From assembly GCA_044892525.1 (NCBI GenBank), contig CM097885.1, forward strand, positions 187,612,001 through 187,676,000: a stretch of DNA of 64,000 bases. The letters run 5' to 3'. Under the pieces are notes generated by a model. The model was not told where the DNA came from. It did no database searches and was given only the letters and a program-made list of their open reading frames with translations. Positions 14,601 through 27,077 of the stretch are shown piece by piece. Positions within the stretch are counted from its first letter, which is position 1. Each line of letters starts with the position of its first letter. The stretch comes from Schmidtea polychroa (lineage: Eukaryota). The translations under genes and the position numbers were made by a program.

Positions 14601-17600
14601 ACAGCAAAGGGCAACATCAACTGCTTTATTTACCATCTTGGATAATTTTATAAACGAGGCAAATATTGAATGGGAAAATTGTGTTGGAATATGCACCGAT
14701 GGTGCTCGTTCAATGTCTGGAAGATTTCAAAGCATGCAAACACTAGTAAAACAAAAATCTTCCACAGAGAGGCGCTGGCGTCGAAAGAAATGAGTTCTGG
14801 TTTAAATATCGTGTTATCTACAGTCGTAACTGTTGTAAATTATATAAAAACGAGACCTTTAAAATCAAGAATGTTTTCTGAACTTTGTATAGATATGGGA
14901 TCAGTACATACAGCATTACTTTTTCATTGCGAAGCTAGATGGTTATCACGTGGGAAGTTTTTGAAACGTGTTTTTGAATTGAGAGAAGAAATCTGTATTT
15001 TTCTGGAAGAAGAAAATCGACAAGAAGCCATGATGTTTCGAGATACTGTATTTATTATGAAATTGGGTTATTTAGTTGATATGTTTGAGAAGTTAAATGT
15101 CTTGAATTTTCAAATTCAAGGAACAAATACATATATTTTGGAAACAAATGATAAAGTCAATGCTTTTTGTAGAAAATTGGATCTGTGGCTTAAAAATTTA
15201 AAAGAAAAGTAATTGGAAATGTTTCCGAATATAAATGAATTTGTAAAGACATACAAAACCGAACCAGTACATATAAACTTGATTTTATTAACTATAAACA
15301 AACATCTAAGCATACTAGCAAAAGATTTAAAAAAATACTTTTTTGCTGAAGAAAAATTTCTAGCAAGTTACGAGTGCGTTAGGGACTCATATCACAATGT
15401 TCCACAAGGTCTCTTGACTTCTGAAGAGGAAACTTTTTATTGATTTTACAACAAACCGTGAATCAAAAGACAATTTAATAAGAAATTGATTTTTGAATTT
15501 TGGGCTGGTTTGGATGACGAGTTTGCGATATTAAAACGAAGACCTTTGCAGATACTTTTACCGTTTTCAACATCTTATCTTTGCGAAACCGGATTTTCTG
15601 CGGTGGTTTCGTTGAAAACGAAATAGAGATCACAGCTAAATATAGAAAAAGAACTTAAGGTATCCATATCTGGTATTACACCTTCATTTCAAAAAATTTG
15701 CAATGAGAAACAGGCTCAAGGAAGTCATTAATTAATAACATAACATATTTAACTGGTATTTGTTTCATACTAATAAACTTAAATAATAAATATAATAAAT
15801 TATTTATTGGGAATATGTAATTATAAACTGTATTCTTATTTTAAATATATATATATATATATATATAAATTTTTTAATTATACAATTTCGTTCAATTATA
15901 CAAAACCTTCAACAAAGTTTTCATTTTGTTTTTAAATATATTCGGGCCCCACAGGTTGAGAATCGCTGGCTTAACCGATCATACAATGTTTTCTCCAATA
16001 AATTCTTAATTCAATTTGTCTTAGTCTCTTCGTTTCGTTTTGATTCTGTTTTCCCCGTTCTGTCTTCTTTTTTGTTTTTAGCTTTAACAGATAATTATTT
16101 TGTTTTTGATTTTTGCTTCTAGCACATTCCCTTGGGTCATCAATAATTTCCTTATTATCTCTGAAATTTGTCGAGATAGACAATTTTATTTGATTTTTCC
16201 TTTTTTTCCGACTTCTCTAGTGATCCCTTCGTTGTCTCAGACAAGCTGTCAAGATTAGACACTTTCATATTTACACTTGTTTTTGTTTTTGTTTTTTGCA
16301 CGATGTCTACGTACTACACAAGTTACTTATACATCTCGTAATTACACAGCAAAATCCTTTAACATTTCTGTTTTAAATTTGAAACTCATTTTTTGCTGAG
16401 TAGAAAGTAATTATAATATCTTGGTGATATTGTTTTAAAGTTATTATGTAAGCAAAGGGAGATGGAGGGATCCAAATTCACTTTTCAAAATAAACATTTT
16501 ATATAAATATGTTTATTTTGTAGTTTTTTAATTTGTTATATTTTTAATAGATAATCTTCCTTACAAATGTGATTTCATATGAAACTGCCCCGATAACCGT
16601 CATGCGAAAAGATTATGAGTTTCCACCTTGGTCAAAGGCACTGGCTTGTCTTGTTGTGTTGTCCTCAATTATTAATATCCCAATTTTTATGATCATCACA
16701 TTCCTCAATACCAAAGGAAATTTTAAAGAAGTAAGTTTTATATATTTTGAAATTTGAAATTGAATTCTCAGTAACAGGATCCCTAGTCTTGACCCTTTAT
16801 GGCCCTCTATTTGTTTAATTACATTTTGTTGGGGTTAATTAAATTTAATTAGAAATAAAATGAATAAATTAAATAATCCCCATACGATTTAATTGATCTC
16901 TATAGTAAAATAATTTTACGTTTTTAATAGACAAATCTGATTCTTTTTGTGAGAATAGATTAAATAATGAAAAGGGAAAAACGAAAATATAACAAAAAAC
17001 AGCTTTCACGCGACAATGTATATAAAAATAAAGCCCATTTTAAGGAGATCTACTGTTACGGGGCACGTCTGCTAGTCAAATAAATAACACTTGATAAAAG
17101 CAAAGTCGAAAATATGTGTTGCATAGAATTAATTTTTGATCTTTAATTTGTTTCAATGAAAGTAATTATCTGTTCCTCGAAAACCTAGAATGCCAACGAT
17201 CATTAGTATATGAGTTGGGAGCGTGATAAATGTTATTCGTAAATCTGTATAAAATATCTAACAAAACAGCTTGTAAATGCGTGTTAAGCATCCAACATAT
17301 TATCTATTATACAAGTAAACTTTTGTTGTTTTAATCATTAAAATTTAATCGAATTTTAAACAAGACTACATTAGGTCTAGGGTAACCACCTTAATTTTAC
17401 AATCACCCGGAGTCTTTCATAGAAACCCGGATAATTTCAATAAAAACGGATAATTTGTTTTCATTAATTTTTTTCTCATTTTATTCAAAATTATAATTGG
17501 ATAAAGAATTTATATATTAAAAAAATTACATATTAAATTTTTACGCATATTTTCGGCTTCTTCTGTTTGATTGATTGAATAAACATTAATTTTAGTCCTG

Positions 17601-18592
17601 ACTTCTTGCAAAAGGGTCAAAATAAACAAAATTTATTCTCGTTAAATACCCAACTGACCTAAATGAATGTATAATATCAAATTTCTGATGTAAAATATTT
17701 TAAGTTACTTTCAACAAACTAATATAAAAATTCTGGAGAAATGGCTTTACCCGACCGGAGACCGGAGATATGTTGAATCAACGAAGTTCTTCAGGCGAAA
17801 GCTAATTTAGGTCTATATACTTTGTATAATATAAATAAATATAAATAAATATAAAATTATTTTATTGAAATAAATATTATTTAGAATTTTAATTAACAGT
17901 TTAAATTTTACCGATTAAGATGTTTTTGCGCCAGACAAAATATTTATTAAAAAATCAAGAAAGTTTGGCCGGACAAAGTTCCGCCCCCCCTACACCATTG
18001 AATAAATTGTTTAGTTCCTGCAAAAATAATNNNNNNNNNNNNNNNNNNNNNNNNNNNNNNNNNNNNNNNNNNNNNNNNNNNNNNNNNNNNNNNNNNNNNN
18101 NNNNNNNNNNNNNNNNNNNNNNNNNNNNNNNNNNNNNNNNNNNNNNNNNNNNNNNNNNNNNNNNNNNNNNNNNNNNNNNNNNNNNNNNNNNNNNNNNNNN
18201 NNATCTAACAAACTAATTTGAAAATTTTAAACATCAATCTTAAAAATATTATTAAGCGCTTAATATTGAAAATTCGATTATGAAAAGCTCAAGATTAAAA
18301 ACCAATTATAAAACTATCTTTTTCATCCCCGTCTATAAATCCGAAGTCTTAAAGATTTTATTCAGGAAAGAATTTTCAAAATTTAATTTTCGATTTGGAA
18401 AACGATTTCCATCATTAATGAAACGAAAGAAATTTTTTATTATTTTTTTTGTTTAAATTTACAAATTTATTTTCATTTGCTGAAATTTAGCGGATGAGAC
18501 AAATGATAACTCCTGAACCGAGACCATTGATGCTGGATCGACATTACGATGAAGGCAACGCATACGAGATCACTATGGCCGACGCAGTTTGA
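356..18592 (+). CDS. SLC6A4: Sodium-dependent serotonin transporter (SLC6/SERT-like), 5'-partial; exons 356-635, 1483-1621, 4957-5091, 8014-8117, 8167-8291, 8334-8446, 11504-11632, 11682-11781, 11829-11929, 16551-16730, 18491-18592
   Basis: Manual splicing gives one open frame with consistent intron phases. It contains [23 protein letters not shown] (TM3), [28 protein letters not shown] (the GPGFG of SERTs), [33 protein letters not shown] and a C-terminus TPE...DAV*. TM1-2 lie upstream of the window. Confidence 0.93.
2025..2327. mobile_element. hAT-type MITE (303 bp) in a SERT intron
   Basis: TIR CAGTGGTGAGCT (2025-2036) with perfect reverse complement at 2316-2327; perfect 8-bp TSD CTAATAAG at 2017-2024 and 2328-2335. 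Confidence 0.88.
2623..2650. repeat. (TG)n microsatellite
   Basis: Visible TG dinucleotide run. Confidence 0.9.
9277..11259 (+). mobile_element. hAT transposon, Buster family (copy 1), internally deleted
   Basis: TIRs CAGTGGTTTCCAACC / GGTTGGAAACCGCTG (14/15 match); 8-bp TSD CATTAATC / CATTAACC (1 mismatch, central TA). Confidence 0.92.
9713..11030 (+). pseudogene. Buster/ZBED5-like hAT transposase pseudogene lacking the C-terminal dimerisation domain
   Basis: ATG at 9713 (MDKFL), in-frame TAA at about 9800, BED-type C..C/KLKRH..H, QVDEATD, CTDGA, HCMLHR, EVRWLSR; frameshift near 10480 and stop at 10956-10958. Confidence 0.92.
13643..13733. mobile_element. 91-bp palindromic insertion with 6-bp TSD (Polinton-like termini)
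   Basis: Arms 13643-13687 and 13688-13733 are reverse complements except for one extra G; flanked by CCTATT at 13637-13642 and 13734-13739; ends AGTAG...CTACT. Confidence 0.8.
13915..15731 (+). pseudogene. Buster/ZBED-like hAT transposase pseudogene with multiple frameshifts
   Basis: MDKFL start, [44 protein letters not shown], and C-terminal [10 protein letters not shown]...QAQGSH*; several frameshifts and stops. Confidence 0.92.
16897..17074 (+). mobile_element. Possible miniature non-autonomous Helitron
   Basis: 3' end ACGGGCACGTCTGCTAG followed by T is a typical Helitron terminus; candidate 5' end A|TCTCTATAGTAAAA at 16897 is less certain. Confidence 0.45.
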
Positions 18593-19779
18593 TCATTTCC
18601 GAAGATTAATTTAGATAGTTTGATGATCTTGTAATTGCGTTTTTTCTATCATTTGGTTATTTATTTGTTTAAACTTCTGATTTTCACATGCTGGGCTTGA
18701 TTGAGTGATTTTCTTTCCGGGATGACAATTCGTAAAAATTCCGACAGAAATCGAATGTTGATTTTATATATTTTTTAATTTAGATTTGAACTGCAGTTTT
18801 TTTAAAGAATCTTCTATGAATGCTTTTTTGCTGAGAGTTGAAACAAAAATTATGTTATTGAGTATATCTTTATATTATATTCTGTAGATGTGAACTGATT
18901 TTGTTGATGAAATCTATTTAGACTTATTGAGATTTTCCAGTGGGATTTTAGATGTATGAAGTAGAGAAAATTTATTTATTAAAAGTTTATTAGATTTATT
19001 TAATTTTTGTTTTAATTGGATATTTTCATTTATTTTGAGGCCCGATAAATCCCAACCCGTTTAAAGTTTGTTAGTTTAATAAGTTGTTTTTAATCATATT
19101 TTTCAAATTCATTCCCAACAGAAATATATATTACAAAAAAATGTATTATTTTTCAAAATTTCAGAATATTTTATAAACAAATTAACCAACCTGTTATTTA
19201 TTGTTTATTACTCTTATCACTATTCAGTGTTTTAATTTATGTGTGAGCAAAGTCCCGTTACAAATGCGAGATTCTAAATACAAAATGTACGTATTTTGAT
19301 AGGAGATCCAATATAAGTAAGTAAGTAAATAGTAGAGATTGAGAAATAAATGGAAGGATGATATTTCCAAATTTAGTGCGATATAAGCAGGAAAATGTGC
19401 ACACTACTCGATGCATGCACACATACCAATTAATGGCTTGCTGTCGGAATGACGGATTGAATGCCAATTACAACCGGTTCAATTCACATCTATCATAACG
19501 TAAACTGAGTACACAACTTTGTGTTAATTGCTGTTTGTGTTAGTTGATGTTTGTTTTAACAATGACAAAATATGTCAAATTGCTATAGCGTATAAATGGT
19601 TTGCTTTAACAGATTCAATTTGGGAATGGTATAAATTGTTTGTTATTTAGGCCTTATAAAATATTTCTTTAAAATGTAAATTTCAACAATAACAAAATAT
19701 TGAAAATGTGATAATTCAAAAGTTAATCAAAATATTTAACATAAAAGTCTTTGAAGAAAATATTTTATTAAATAAAATT

Positions 19780-21020
19780 TTAGTCGTATTTTTTCATTTC
19801 GGATTTTCTGAATTTATGTAGATATTTTTTGTACGAATCAGAAAAATGTGATCGGCGTTTTTTTAATGATTCAAATTTCTTTTGAAATCGCATTCTTAGT
19901 ATTTTGTCTTTGAACATTTTCCGGTACTTTTCTTTCAACCTGCGTGACTTTTCAAGCCTCAATCTTCTGTATTCTCGTAAAGCTTTTAAGTAGGTAGACT
20001 GTTTTTTAAGTTTTTTTAATTTTAACCTAACATTTCTGTTAGCTATCATCATGTCAGCCACTTGCTTTTGCAATATGATTAACATTTCATTGTACTTCAT
20101 CAATTTTATAAATTTTCTCTTTAAAAAAAGAATCATTTTTGTATTTTCTTTCACTCTTTTTCTAAGATGTTTAATTAATTTATGGTGGTGGATAACAATT
20201 CTTCTCACAATATTTCTCTTTATGGTTTTGCCATATTTTCTATGTTTATATTTTAACTTGCTTAAAAATTTTGATTTTTGTCTTCTCGTGTGTAAATTTT
20301 TCTTTTTATTCTGCTTTGATAACCTTCTGGTTTTATGATGCTTCTTTTGTGTCCAGTGATGATGATAATTTCTTTTCTTGTATTTTTGTTTTATAAATTT
20401 CTTTCTATTGTTTATATATTTATTTGTCAAATTGTGTTTATTCGATTTGTGTAAATTTGAATTTCTACTATTTTTTGTCCATTTTCTTTTCTTTTTCAGC
20501 GTCTTGCGTTGTTTTCGTATTAACTTTTTCGCTTTCGTTTTAGATTTCAGTCTTCTAGGTTGGAATTTTGCATTCTTTCTTTTCATTTTGATTTTTAAAA
20601 TTTTGTTCTTAAAAAAATGTTTGAATATAAATCTACGACTGACGGTAAAATTACCTTTTTAGATATTTTTTCACAAAAGAAAAAAGCATCCTTGACTTTC
20701 TTAAGTTTATACGTGCAGGGACCCTTTTTGCATTTAGCACCTTGATATTTGCATTGGCAGTCATTACAGCCGTCACTAAACCTAAAATACAAAAAATGAA
20801 GAATTTATTAAAACAACTTCCTTATAAGTATAAAATGATGATTTCTTAGTAGTAGCATAAATTAAATTTTAAACAAATAAATGATCTTTTGCTGCAATAT
20901 ATTTATTAAGTGCGAAAATATTCAATTATAAAATAATTCTTTTCAATCTGTCAGGATTTAGGTAGAATGTTTAAATGCTTACTGATTTTCCTTGTAATAA
21001 TTCATTTTCTGTCTTTTCAT
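19780..21020 (-). CDS. Orphan protein: Cys-rich (pacifastin-like) module plus very long Lys/Arg-rich tail; exons 21020-20983 (tentative), 20781-20655, 20607-19780
   Basis: The 828-nt terminal exon is open in very AT-rich DNA; a 47-nt GT-AG intron (20654-20608) joins it in frame to the exon encoding FSDGCNDCQCKYQGAKCKKGPC; an upstream phase-2 donor (CA|GTAAGC at 20983) is also frame-compatible. The true start is uncertain. Confidence 0.65.
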
Positions 21021-23373
21021 TGGTTTAAAATTTTGCAGCAAAATAAATGATAACAATCATTAATACTAATATTACAAAGGGGAATCTGGGCAGTGAGTAT
21101 CATTTTCCGATCAGGAAAAATTTGAGTATGTAAAAACAATGTCAAACCAGACCGAAAAAAGTGATATATTCCAGTAAATTCTCTACCTATATTCATAAAT
21201 ACTAAAAGTATAGTAACCTTGACTCTTACCTGATATAACACAAAATCCAATTTTAAGTAAAATTTGCCCCTTATATAGTATAAAAATGTGAGGATCAACA
21301 AAGTAAAACTAATAAATAAATTACTTTTATTAAAATATAATAATTAATTTTCCTTTTATTCGTATTTTCAATCATTCGCCGTGGTTATGAATACAAGTCT
21401 GGTATGAAATTATTACTAACTTATATAATATAAGCATTTATTTATTTTTATTATTAATTCATTCCATCATTCATCTTCATTATCCATCGATATTTGGTTT
21501 AATATTTAACAAGAATTTTTGGCACTGTCATTTTCAAGTTCAAAAGTAAATAAGAAAAAGATCAAATGTGGCCAAGATAACTAATATCACAGAATTGTTA
21601 TAACTTACATTTAATAAATCATTAAATGGGAATTTTGAAGCATTACCGGTCATTCCTGCAACACATAGCAGCCCTGTGAGATTTAGTTTAATTATTTCAT
21701 TAACGAATTTCTACTTGTCACCCACATTTCTCTACAATGGGATCACATAATATACAAATGTCCCTAAACTCTGATTTCTAACAAAAAATATTAATAAATC
21801 AATGTGAGTAGTTATAAATCAAGGTAAACACCTTACCCTTTATTGGTCCATGTTAAAAGGGTTTATGCTTTCCATAAGGTGTATATTCTACCCTAAAACT
21901 TTCTAAAATTCTCAAAATTAAAGTTGCCTTAAAACTCATTGACTAGAATGATGCATTTGGTGAAAAAAAATAATATGAAAGGGTGGTGTGGTCAAATTAT
22001 TAATATGAAATATATTTTAATTTATCAAATTATTTTGAAATTTTTCGGCATTTTAAAAGGCAAACCTCTCGCATAAAATACGACACATGATGAAACTATG
22101 AAACTAAAAATGATGAAACTATTTCATTTTCTAAAAATAATGATAAAAATAAGGAAAAAATGATGACATGAAAATTATGTAAAAAGAAAACAAAAAATTA
22201 ACAATAAAGAATTCGACAAAAAGCCGATAATCGTCAGACAAGAAATCTTGATTTAGATTAATAAAACAAAAGTAAGTCAATCATTTATAAATTAGCCATT
22301 CAATTCAACCGGTTAAAGAAAATTAATTTACACGATTCAATGATTTTTAAAGAAGTGAATTTGTAACATTTGTTACACTATTCTCATTGTTTGATCTTTA
22401 TATACTGTTTATGTAATTTAATATATTTTATTAACTTCATTTTGCAGCTATTACAGTCGCAGGTAAATATTTGATTNNNNNNNNNNNNNNNNNNNNNNNN
22501 NNNNNNNNNNNNNNNNNNNNNNNNNNNNNNNNNNNNNNNNNNNNNNNNNNNNNNNNNNNNNNNNNNNNNNNNNNNNNNNNNNNNNNNNNNNNNNNNNNNN
22601 NNNNNNNNNNNNNNNNNNNNNNNNNNNNNNNNNNNNNNNNNNNNNNNNNNNNNNNNNNNNNNNNNNNNNNNNNNNNNNNNNNNNNNNNNNNNNNNNNNNN
22701 NNNNNNNNNNNNNNNNNNNNNNNNNNNNNNNNNNNNNNCTATTTACTAAATATTAAAAAAATTACCACAATCCAAAATACCCTTTACAGTATTTTACTTT
22801 ATCGTCTACGCATATCATTTGTATATCACTTTCGTCATCAGAAGAAATAACTGAATTTCCAAAAAGAAAAACCAAAAAAAATATAATTAATATATTTATT
22901 AAATTTAATAACATTTATAAATTTAGGCTAATTTTATTTGATTTATAGATATTTTTTATAGGTAATTTTACCAGCACTAACTTCATATATTTGTTTAAAT
23001 AAATCAACACAAAAACCCTCATATTAGAATATTTATAATATATGAACAAATATAATTTCCTCGCAGATAGAATTTACNNNNNNNNNNNNNNNNNNNNNNN
23101 NNNNNNNNNNNNNNNNNNNNNNNNNNNNNNNNNNNNNNNNNNNNNNNNNNNNNNNNNNNNNNNNNNNNNNNNNNNNNNNNNNNNNNNNNNNNNNNNNNNN
23201 NNNNNNNNNNNNNNNNNNNNNNNNNNNNNNNNNNNNNNNNNNNNNNNNNNNNNNNNNNNNNNNNNNNNNNNNNNNNNNNNNNNNNNNNNNNNNNNNNNNN
23301 NNNNNNNNNNNNNNNNNNNNNNNNNNNNNNNNNNNNNNNNNNNNNNNNNNNNNNNNNNNNNNNNNNNNNNNNN

Positions 23374-24042
23374 ATGAACCATAGAAGAAGTATTTTATGG
23401 GATGATACAATTGAAGAAGAAATTGAACAATTTCAGTCTAGAAGTGATTTTTTTCTATCTATAAAACAATCTACAGTCATTGAACATAAATCGAGGAGAC
23501 CCTCTATTGTTGAAAGTAAAGTACCAAACAACAAAATAGAATTGCATTCATTAACTAAACTAAGACTTGAACCAATGTACCGAAGATCTTCAAATGCTTT
23601 TTGTTCAACAAATTCAACAAATGATGAAAATCCAGTTTCTACTGATCATTATAAATTGATGAATAAAATACTGAATGAAAACTTGAATACAAATCGGTTT
23701 TGTCATAAACTCTCTCAGGTTTGGAAACAGTCCGCGTTAATTGGCTATGAAAGAACTGTGCATTTCAGACTGTCTGAGATGTTTCCCGTTGACTCTCAGA
23801 ACCAACTCATTATTCCGTCAGGAAGAGATCTAAAACGACAGGATGACAGTCAAGAAATCACCGAAAACTCGAAAGATAATTTATGTCATCAAATAATGAT
23901 TGGTCAAATGCTAATAGACTATTTAAACAACTGTGAAAGGAAACCGACAACTCTACCGAAAGGTTTCATATTGGAAAAGGGAAAATTAAATCCGATTTTG
24001 ATTTATAAACAATGGACAAAGGAGAATACAGAATTACTTTAG
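23374..24042 (+). CDS. Hypothetical protein (222 aa; may be the last exon of a gene whose 5' part lies in the N gap)
   Basis: 669-nt uninterrupted ORF with ordinary globular composition starting immediately after a gap; no motif recognised. Confidence 0.5.
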   Translation: MNHRRSILWDDTIEEEIEQFQSRSDFFLSIKQSTVIEHKSRRPSIVESKVPNNKIELHSLTKLRLEPMYRRSSNAFCSTNSTNDENPVSTDHYKLMNKILNENLNTNRFCHKLSQVWKQSALIGYERTVHFRLSEMFPVDSQNQLIIPSGRDLKRQDDSQEITENSKDNLCHQIMIGQMLIDYLNNCERKPTTLPKGFILEKGKLNPILIYKQWTKENTELL

Positions 24043-26199
24043 AAATATGTTAGTAAAAAATCTGTAAAATTTTATCATTTTTTTGTCATATTAGCGCATA
24101 TTGGCGCATTGAAAATAATTGATAACAGATAAACAACTGATCAAAATTATGTTTAATTCACATTTAAATACAATAAGAAATCATTTGTTTCACATAATTT
24201 TACAATTATAAAAATTACAAAAGTTGTACAAAATGTTACTAGTGCGCATGAATGATTTTTAATTGTGTAAAATAAAACTAATTAAAACATTTTCAAAGAA
24301 TTGTTGTGACGGTATTGTGAACATTTAATTTAGGGTCTCAAAATCTTATCATTTATTCCTCATAACAGACTCCTAAATTTGGCAGTAGACGATAGTGTCC
24401 AATCCAAACCACCCCCTTGGAAAATATCTAGGTCGACTCAGAATTTTATGTAGGTCACGAAAACAGGGTGTTTATAAATATATAATGCTTAGTTTCCATG
24501 GAAATGAGCTCCAAAGTCTCTAAATTAAAATGTAGGTGACGCCATAATATAATATAATATAATATAAAAACTTCTATATATTATAATAATCAGTCTTATA
24601 CACCAGTCTTATATTGTAGAATTAAAATCATGTATACTTCCGCACATGACGAGACAGTGATTAACATCAGCATGAAATGTCATATTATAACAGCTTTCAA
24701 ATATTATCAAACATAGATAACCCTATATTATAGAAATAAATTCAAATTCTTCAAAACATGGTGGGATAATGAACAAAAGCTTTAATAAAATATTTAGAAA
24801 TTTTTTTAAAAATATGTAGGTTAACTGAAAGTACTTTAATATGAATGTCACACCACTCTGTTATAGAAATAAATTTTGTATATAAAAAATAATTGAAAAA
24901 TCATTTTTAAAAAATCAATAAAAATACTTTTAATTATACTTTTGATTACACGACTTGATAAAATATCGCACGTATATGATATAAGATATTTACAATATAT
25001 TCCCAACTCAAAAAATTTAAAGTCTAATTTCTTGCTCTCAACTTTAATTTTTTAAATCAACATTTCAATACAAAACATGCGAATGTACATTTATTCAAAA
25101 TATAAAGATTAAAATCATCAGCACACCCGCCCACACACTTGCCGCCACTTCAAAGAGACTGGCACGAAAGTTTGTAAATTTTAACCCCAGTTCCACTAGG
25201 GTCTAGAGGTTTATTTTAAATATTATTAAAATTAATCTTTCTTTTATGTTTAACCAATAATACTATTTTATTAATAATACTTCTCAATAGCAATAATAAA
25301 AATATAACAACATTTCAACAATTATTTATAAATGTAGCAAACAACATTTATGATTGACCTGTTAAATGGTCTTCTTTCTAACAAAGAAACTAACGAGGTG
25401 ATAAATAATCTGCAATTACTTGCTAATTGCTCAGAAAAAATCGTTGAAGATAATCGTATCGATTACAACACTATTTTCAATTTAGAGACAAAATATACTA
25501 CGCTTCTTTATCACACAGGAAGTACGCTGGCTTTCGAAAGGTTTAATGTTGAAGAGAGTATTTAAAATTCGAGAATAAATAATTAAATTTCTTACAAAAC
25601 CAAATTCTGATTTAATACAAGCATTTGAGAAGAGAGAAAAAATTTACTAGGATTGTCCTATTTGTCTGGCATTTTTGAACACTTAAATGAATTGAATTTA
25701 TCCATACAAGGAACTTTTAGCAACATTATCATAGCAAACGAAAAAATATCTTTTAAAGAAAAGCATTTAAAGAAAAACAAAAAGTTTGAATAAGTCGAGT
25801 TGAAAACCATAATCTCAAAATTTTTCCTAGGGTTGATGAAATTATTTTGCAAGAAGACAAATTTATTATCTGTTCAAAAATTAAAAATCATTTGCAAATA
25901 TTAAGCAAATCATTTGATGGTTATTTTTCGACGGGAAAAATTGGTATGGATCAGAGATAGATACAAAATCCATTTCTTTTCAATATTAATGACATTGAGA
26001 ATGAAGATTTACTCAAAGATGATTTCATTGAACTTCAAAGTAGAGCATAGGAAGCTATGCTTTTTGAAAAGCAACTCTTGCAAATTTTTTGTGTACGCAA
26101 CTAGAATCATTCCCAAATCTTGCGAATATAGCATAGGAGGTACTTGTTCCATACGCCACTACCTACCTCTACAAAGCAGGATTTTCAGCTCTAGTAAAT

Positions 26200-27077
26200 T
26201 GGTAAATTATTAGTTTGTCGCGTCTGTGTGCGTTCTCTGTCTACATTTTTATTTGGGTTGTGTGCGCACACAGACGCGTCAAATTGTCAAATTATTAGTT
26301 TATCTCGCGTCTGTGTGCGCTTTTTACTTTGTTGATTTGAATTGTGTGCGCACACAGACGCGAGCAAGAGGTATGTCGCATTTTTATTAAGTTGTTTTTT
26401 GTAATTTTTTAATTTATAGAGTTCGAGGAATCTTTTGTTTGAACTGGTGATTTGTCTGGGTATTTTGAATTTACGGATTTGGATTTAGAATGGATTTTGA
26501 ATTCTAAGTTTTGTTGGGTTAAATGAATTGATTTGAACTCGATTGGAATTTTTTGTGTTCTGGGGTGAAATATGGAAGATAATGAATGTTTGATATGTCG
26601 TATTTCAATGAGCAATATGGCGAAGGTAATATTTGAAAATTGTAAACATGCGTTTTGTATCTGTGGCGCGAAGAGATGTCTTTTCAGCAATGAAAGTTGT
26701 CCATGTGATCGTGGCTCAACAAGATCGTTGCAAATGATTAATGGAAGTTTATCCAAACGATTGGAAATCAACGATTTAATTTCTGCAAATCATGAAATGA
26801 CAGAAGAGGAACTCCAAGAGATGTTTATGAAATTTCCCCAAAGCGATAAAAAGATAAACTTGTTAACTTATGGATATGATATTCTATTCAATCGAGCTCT
26901 TAAAAAGATCAACACAACTCCAATGTTTATTAGCCGAAGTGTTGAACAATTATCCAATCTTTCAAATTCAATCATGGCTCAATCTCAAGTTATTGGACAC
27001 GATAAATGGTTTTGTACAAATAAAGCTTGTGATATGAATTACAATGAAATTCTTCTGATGTGTCTTAGATTTAAACA
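26200..27077 (+). mobile_element. 878-bp TG...CA insertion with 5-bp TSD (solo-LTR-like or integrase-type cassette) carrying a RING ORF
   Basis: TAAAT at 26195-26199 and 27078-27082; element begins TG and ends CA; removing it plus one TSD restores the hAT codons CTA GTA AAT ATT AAA ACT. Confidence 0.82.

Larger units (their letters stand above)
12530..15968 (+). mobile_element. hAT transposon, Buster family (copy 2), near full length
   Basis: TIRs CAGCGCTACTCAACC / GGTTGAGAATCGCTG (13/15); perfect 8-bp TSD GCTTAACC at 12522-12529 and 15969-15976. Confidence 0.93.
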
